Shown here piece by piece: positions 35,351-40,902 of a stretch of 40,902 nucleotides of DNA. The position numbers and the translations under genes were made by a program. The notes under the pieces were generated by a model that was not told the origin of the DNA, ran no database searches, and was given only the letters and a program-made list of their open reading frames with translations. Source of the DNA: Coriobacteriales bacterium (lineage in GTDB: Bacteria > Actinomycetota > Coriobacteriia > Coriobacteriales > UBA8131); NCBI GenBank assembly GCA_031263105.1, contig JAISGJ010000042.1, forward strand, positions 1 through 40,902, given 5' to 3'. Every line of letters begins with the position of its first letter. Within the stretch, counting starts at the first letter, position 1.

Positions 35351-36259
35351 TCAGCGCCCTATCTGGGCACGCAGCGCGTCGGCGATCTCGAACAGGTCCC
35401 CCACCGCGCCGTAGTCGCAGTTCTTGAGGATGGGGGCGTTGGGGTCCTTGGTCACCGCGACCACCAGCTTCGCGCCGCGTATCCCCACCGTGTGCTGGAC
35501 CTGGCCCGACACCCCCAGGGAGAAGTAGAGCTTGGGACTGACCTGGTCGCCCGAAAGGCCGATGTAGCCCGGGAACCAATGGCTGTTCTCCGCCAGGCCG
35601 CGGGTGCAGCCGACCTCCGCCCCCAGGGCCTGCGCCAGGTCGTAGGCGGTCTGAAGCTCCTCCTTCGACGTGAAGCCCATGCCGGCGCAGACCACGCGCT
35701 CTGCCTTCGTCAGATCGACGCCGCCCAGGTCGAGCGCCTGGGTCTCGACGAGCACGGCCCGCCCGTCGCCCTCCACCTCCCGCACGACGAGGGGGGACGC
35801 CTCCTCGCAGGGCGCGGACGGCGCGAAGAGGCCTGCGGGCAGGCCCACGACGCCGAAGCCCCGGATGCGCTCCTCGTAGACCACGGCGCCGCCATAGGCC
35901 AGCCGCCTGGCGCCGATGCCGCCCTCCTCCAAGGAGAACTCGGCGACGTCGCTTGCCATCGGGCAGTCCAGGTAGCCCGCGACCCTGGCCGCGACGTCGC
36001 GGCCCGTCACGTCGGCGATGACGACGAAGGCCTCGGCCTCGCGCTCTGCCAGCAGCCCTGCCATGTGCTTGGCATAGGCCTCGGGAAGCGCCTCCCTCCC
36101 CTGGAGGCAGAGCACCTCGGAAAATCCCAGGCCCCTGTAGGCCTCCACGTCCTGCGCGGACGTCACTATCAGGGCCGCGTCCCGCTGAAGCGACGAGGCG
36201 CAGGACGCCGCCTCCGCCGCCAGCAGGGGCGTGGACCCGAACATATACAAGCCTGCCAT
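35351..36259 (-). CDS. fixB: Electron transfer flavoprotein alpha subunit (FixB/EtfA)
   Basis: RLAYGG, DLTKAERVVCAGMG, GAEVGCTR, YIGLSG, GVSGQVQH and KDPNAPI. The ATG at 36259 overlaps the etfB stop. Confidence 0.92.
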   Translation of the reverse strand: MAGLYMFGSTPLLAAEAASCASSLQRDAALIVTSAQDVEAYRGLGFSEVLCLQGREALPEAYAKHMAGLLAEREAEAFVVIADVTGRDVAARVAGYLDCPMASDVAEFSLEEGGIGARRLAYGGAVVYEERIRGFGVVGLPAGLFAPSAPCEEASPLVVREVEGDGRAVLVETQALDLGGVDLTKAERVVCAGMGFTSKEELQTAYDLAQALGAEVGCTRGLAENSHWFPGYIGLSGDQVSPKLYFSLGVSGQVQHTVGIRGAKLVVAVTKDPNAPILKNCDYGAVGDLFEIADALRAQIGR

Positions 36260-37020
36260 TACAGCACTCCTTCCTTTTTGAGGGCGGCAAGGAGGCCGGC
36301 GGCGAGCTCTGCGGCCGTTTCGCCCTCTATCAGATTGCATCTGCGCTCGCTGAGGTACCCTCGGACGCCCACCCGCTCCAAGGTGCTCTCAAGGCTGACG
36401 CCCAGCCCGGCGGCATCCTTCTCGTCGACCGGCCTCCGCTTGGCCGCAAGGGCCTCCTTCAGGCTCGGGATAGGCGCAAGGCATGTCTCGGGGAGGACGG
36501 AGAGGACGGCGGGCAGGGGCACCTCGACGACCTGGACGCACTCGTCCATCCTGCGGCGCACCAGCAGCGTCCCTTCCTTGACCTCGATGTTGTTCACGGC
36601 GGTCACGGTCGGCCAGTCGAGGAGGGCGCCGATGCGGGAGGGCGTCTGGCGCGCGTAGTCGTCGCTGGAGCCCTCGGCGCACACCACTGCGACCGCGCCC
36701 GTCTGCCGCGCGACGGCCGCAAGGGCACGGGCGGCTATCTGCGCAGAGGCCTCCACCTCGCCCGTATCGACCCAAATGCCCTCGTCGAGCCCTCGGGAAA
36801 GGGCATCGGAAAAGGACTTGCGGACAGGGGCCGGCCCGCACGAGACGCCCAGCGCCCTGCCCTGCAGGGCCTCGGCCATCCGACGGCCCGCCTCTATCGC
36901 GTTGCGGTCGTATTCGCTTATCTTTCCTCGGGCCGAGCCGAAGTCGACCGACAGGTCGTCCCTGACCTTGACGTCGGACTCGTCCAGGACCCATTTGTAT
37001 GCAACGATCACATCTGACAT
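36259..37020 (-). CDS. fixA: Electron transfer flavoprotein beta subunit (FixA/EtfB)
   Basis: VAYKWVLDESD, ISEYDRNAIEA, DALSRG, EGSSDDYARQ and PSLKEALAAKRRPV. ATG at 37020 with a GAAGGAAG RBS. Confidence 0.92.
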   Translation of the reverse strand: MSDVIVAYKWVLDESDVKVRDDLSVDFGSARGKISEYDRNAIEAGRRMAEALQGRALGVSCGPAPVRKSFSDALSRGLDEGIWVDTGEVEASAQIAARALAAVARQTGAVAVVCAEGSSDDYARQTPSRIGALLDWPTVTAVNNIEVKEGTLLVRRRMDECVQVVEVPLPAVLSVLPETCLAPIPSLKEALAAKRRPVDEKDAAGLGVSLESTLERVGVRGYLSERRCNLIEGETAAELAAGLLAALKKEGVL

Positions 37021-37128
37021 TCGAGCTTCCTTCCGTTCGGTCGTCCGGTGCCCAAGAGGGGCCTCGGGGGGCATGGCCGCCCCCTGCCGGGGGGGGGGGG
37101 GGGGGGGGGCAGCGGGGCGGCGCATCTC

Positions 37129-38637
37129 TCACCAGCCATACAGCAGGGGGGTGAAGACGATGATGACAACGACGAGCAGCAGGCAGAAAGGGGTTCCTAC
37201 CTTGAGGTATTCCGTGAAGCGGTAGCCTGCGGACAGGGTGAGGGTCATAGGGGGCGTGCCGATGGGCGTGGCAAAGCAGACGCTCGAGGCGAGCACGATG
37301 CCCACCACCATGGTCGTGACGCAGAAGCCCATGCCCTGCGCGAGGAAGATTCCCATGGGCGCCATCATGGCGGCCACGGCCGTGTTGCTTATCAGGCAGG
37401 AGAGGACGGCCGTCACGACCACGACGGCCGAGAACACGAGCAGGGGCTGGGCGTTGCTCCCGCCGCACAGCCCGATGATGCCCGAGGCGAGCGTCCTGCC
37501 GACACCCGACGCCTCGAGGCCGGCGGAGAAGCCCAGGGAGCCGCCCAGGATGACCACGGACGACCAATCGACCTTCCGCACGACGGTCCCAAGGTCGATG
37601 CAGCGCAGGGCGACGAGGAGCAGCGCGCAGAGCATGGCCACCGCGCCGACCGTCCACAGCCCCGCGACGATGCCCACGATGCAGAGCACGAAGACCGTCG
37701 CCGCAAGGCACATGCGGCGGTACGAGGGCAGGCGGCGCTCCTCGGCAGGGGCGCCGACGGGGATCCCGGCGGGGGCGGGGGCGGGGGCGGGGGCAGGGGC
37801 GGAGGAGGCGGAGGAGGCCACGGCGGCGGCAGGGGCGGGAGGGCCGACGGGGGCGGGGGCGGGGACCTCGGCAAGGACGGCCGTCCTGCCGCCCGTCTCC
37901 CCGGCCCCTGCAAGCAGGCGACGGCCGACGGTCGAGAAATAGAGCACCCCGACGACAAGCAGCGGAAGCGCCCCCTTCAGGAGGCTGAAGAAGCCGAAGG
38001 TCGGCAGGCCCGAGCTGTCGAGGACGCCCTGGACGACCAACTGGGGGGTGGAGCCTATCAGGGTCAGGTTCCCGCCGAGGACCGCAAAGACCCCCACGAC
38101 CATGTAGAGGGGCCTGGACGAGACGGCGCCCCTCGCAGCGGGCGCCCCTCCTTGGGGACGGGCCGCCAACGAGTCGACGAGCGGCAGGAACGCCGCCGCG
38201 ACGGCCGTGTTGCTCATGCAGGCCGAGAGGACCGCCACCGTGCTCCCGATGAGCCCGACCGGCGCTCTCCTCCTGTTCGCAAGCAGGCGCCCAAGGAGCG
38301 AGCCCACCCTGTCGAGCAGGCCCGACTCGTACAGGGCGAGCCCGATGACGAGCATTCCGACCACCATCATCAAGGTGTCGTTGGCGAAGCCTGCAAAAGC
38401 CTCGGGGAAGCTGATGATCCCGCATGCCGCCATGGCAAGGGCCCCCAGCATCGCGGCGACCGGCAGGGGGACGACTTCCGTTATGAACATGATCATGACG
38501 AGAACAAGGATTACGATGGCGACGAGATCAGGGGCAATCACAGGCAACGCTTTCGGAACAGGTGGCGCTTTCAGAGCAGGCAACGCTTTCGGAACAGGCA
38601 ACGCTTTCGGAGCACGTGACGCTTTCGAGGCAGGCAA
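37129..38637 (-). CDS. SLC13/CitMHS-like permease
   Basis: SACMSNTAVAA, GGNLTLIGSTPQL, VDWSSV, ISNTAVAAMMAP and FATPIGTPP...GYRFTEYLKVG. The start is uncertain within the 18-bp repeats (TTG 38637 or GTG about 38542). Confidence 0.87.
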   Translation of the reverse strand: MPASKASRAPKALPVPKALPALKAPPVPKALPVIAPDLVAIVILVLVMIMFITEVVPLPVAAMLGALAMAACGIISFPEAFAGFANDTLMMVVGMLVIGLALYESGLLDRVGSLLGRLLANRRRAPVGLIGSTVAVLSACMSNTAVAAAFLPLVDSLAARPQGGAPAARGAVSSRPLYMVVGVFAVLGGNLTLIGSTPQLVVQGVLDSSGLPTFGFFSLLKGALPLLVVGVLYFSTVGRRLLAGAGETGGRTAVLAEVPAPAPVGPPAPAAAVASSASSAPAPAPAPAPAGIPVGAPAEERRLPSYRRMCLAATVFVLCIVGIVAGLWTVGAVAMLCALLLVALRCIDLGTVVRKVDWSSVVILGGSLGFSAGLEASGVGRTLASGIIGLCGGSNAQPLLVFSAVVVVTAVLSCLISNTAVAAMMAPMGIFLAQGMGFCVTTMVVGIVLASSVCFATPIGTPPMTLTLSAGYRFTEYLKVGTPFCLLLVVVIIVFTPLLYGW

Positions 38638-38648
38638 CGCTTTCGGGG
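38541..38648. repeat. Six 18-bp tandem repeats (CAGGCAACGCTTTCGGAA consensus) over the permease 5' end
   Basis: Units begin at 38541, 38559, 38577, 38595, 38613 and 38631; translated as PKALPV-like repeats. Confidence 0.9.
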
Positions 38649-38660
38649 CCTTTCAGGGCG

Positions 38661-38689
38661 ATTATCGGCATTCCACAAAACAGTTTCAA
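38661..38689 (-). promoter_or_regulatory. Sigma70-type promoter of the cai/fix-like operon
   Basis: Minus strand TTGAAA (38689-38684)-17 nt-GATAAT (38666-38661). An upstream palindrome, CATATTC-GGT-GAATATG, lies at 38712-38728. No TGGC-N8-TGC sigma54 element was seen. Confidence 0.65.
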
Positions 38690-38825
38690 GACAAGTTGAA
38701 GAAATATCTTGCATATTCGGTGAATATGTGTAGTGTATTGTCACGAACTGTTCTATTGTGTTATAGGTTGTACCGTTTTGTAAATCCTTCCCTCGCGCGA
38801 CAGGGGCACCGATGAAGGCACTGCA

Positions 38826-40850
<2,025 letters not shown>

Positions 40851-40902
40851 AAGAGCCTCCCCACCGCCGTCCCGAGCGGGGGGGGGGGGGGGGGGGGGGG
40901 GG

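Noticed and set aside
38541..38648. 18-bp repeat array as a CRISPR array or iterons
   Set aside because: There are no spacers, the units are degenerate and in frame with the permease N-terminus, and no rep gene is nearby.
38690..38825. Sigma54 (-24/-12) promoter for the operon
   Set aside because: No TGGCAC-N5-TTGC-like element was found on the minus strand; a sigma70-like promoter is present instead.

Overview
This is a high-GC bacterial window, most consistent with an anaerobic Coriobacteriia (Eggerthellaceae-like) genome. That assignment is inferred from the Tat-exported flavin reductase paired with a multi-TM LuxR regulator, and from the Tat lipoprotein signal peptides. Contents from left to right: (1) a minus-strand phosphonate uptake and C-P lyase operon, phnD-C-E-E-G-H-I-J-K-M-L; (2) a Tat flavoprotein divergent from a membrane LuxR regulator; (3) a dinJ/relB-yafQ toxin-antitoxin pair; (4) an XRE-cupin regulator with an acyl-CoA synthetase; (5) an HxlR regulator and an ApgM-type phosphoglycerate mutase, divergent from a DsbD_2/cupredoxin, DUF2318-like and Cu P1B-ATPase cluster; (6) an AT-rich relic region at the guaA 3' end, holding an orphan Phd antitoxin, palindromic elements, a 25-bp inverted-repeat cassette around a promoter-like motif and a truncated secreted-protein gene; (7) guaA; (8) a nine-gene minus-strand cai/fix-like operon (SLC13, EtfB, EtfA, family III CoA-transferase, acyl-CoA dehydrogenase, DASS carrier, CoA ligase, FixC, FixX) with a sigma70-type promoter and a divergent NtrC-type AAA+ regulator lacking GAFTGA. 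The best candidate for an undescribed system is that operon, a putative quinone-linked enoyl-CoA redox module for an unknown carboxylate. Next are the candidate invertible promoter and the REP/RPE-like elements translated in frame within CopA and ApgM. All calls come from reading motifs by eye; no database searches were run.
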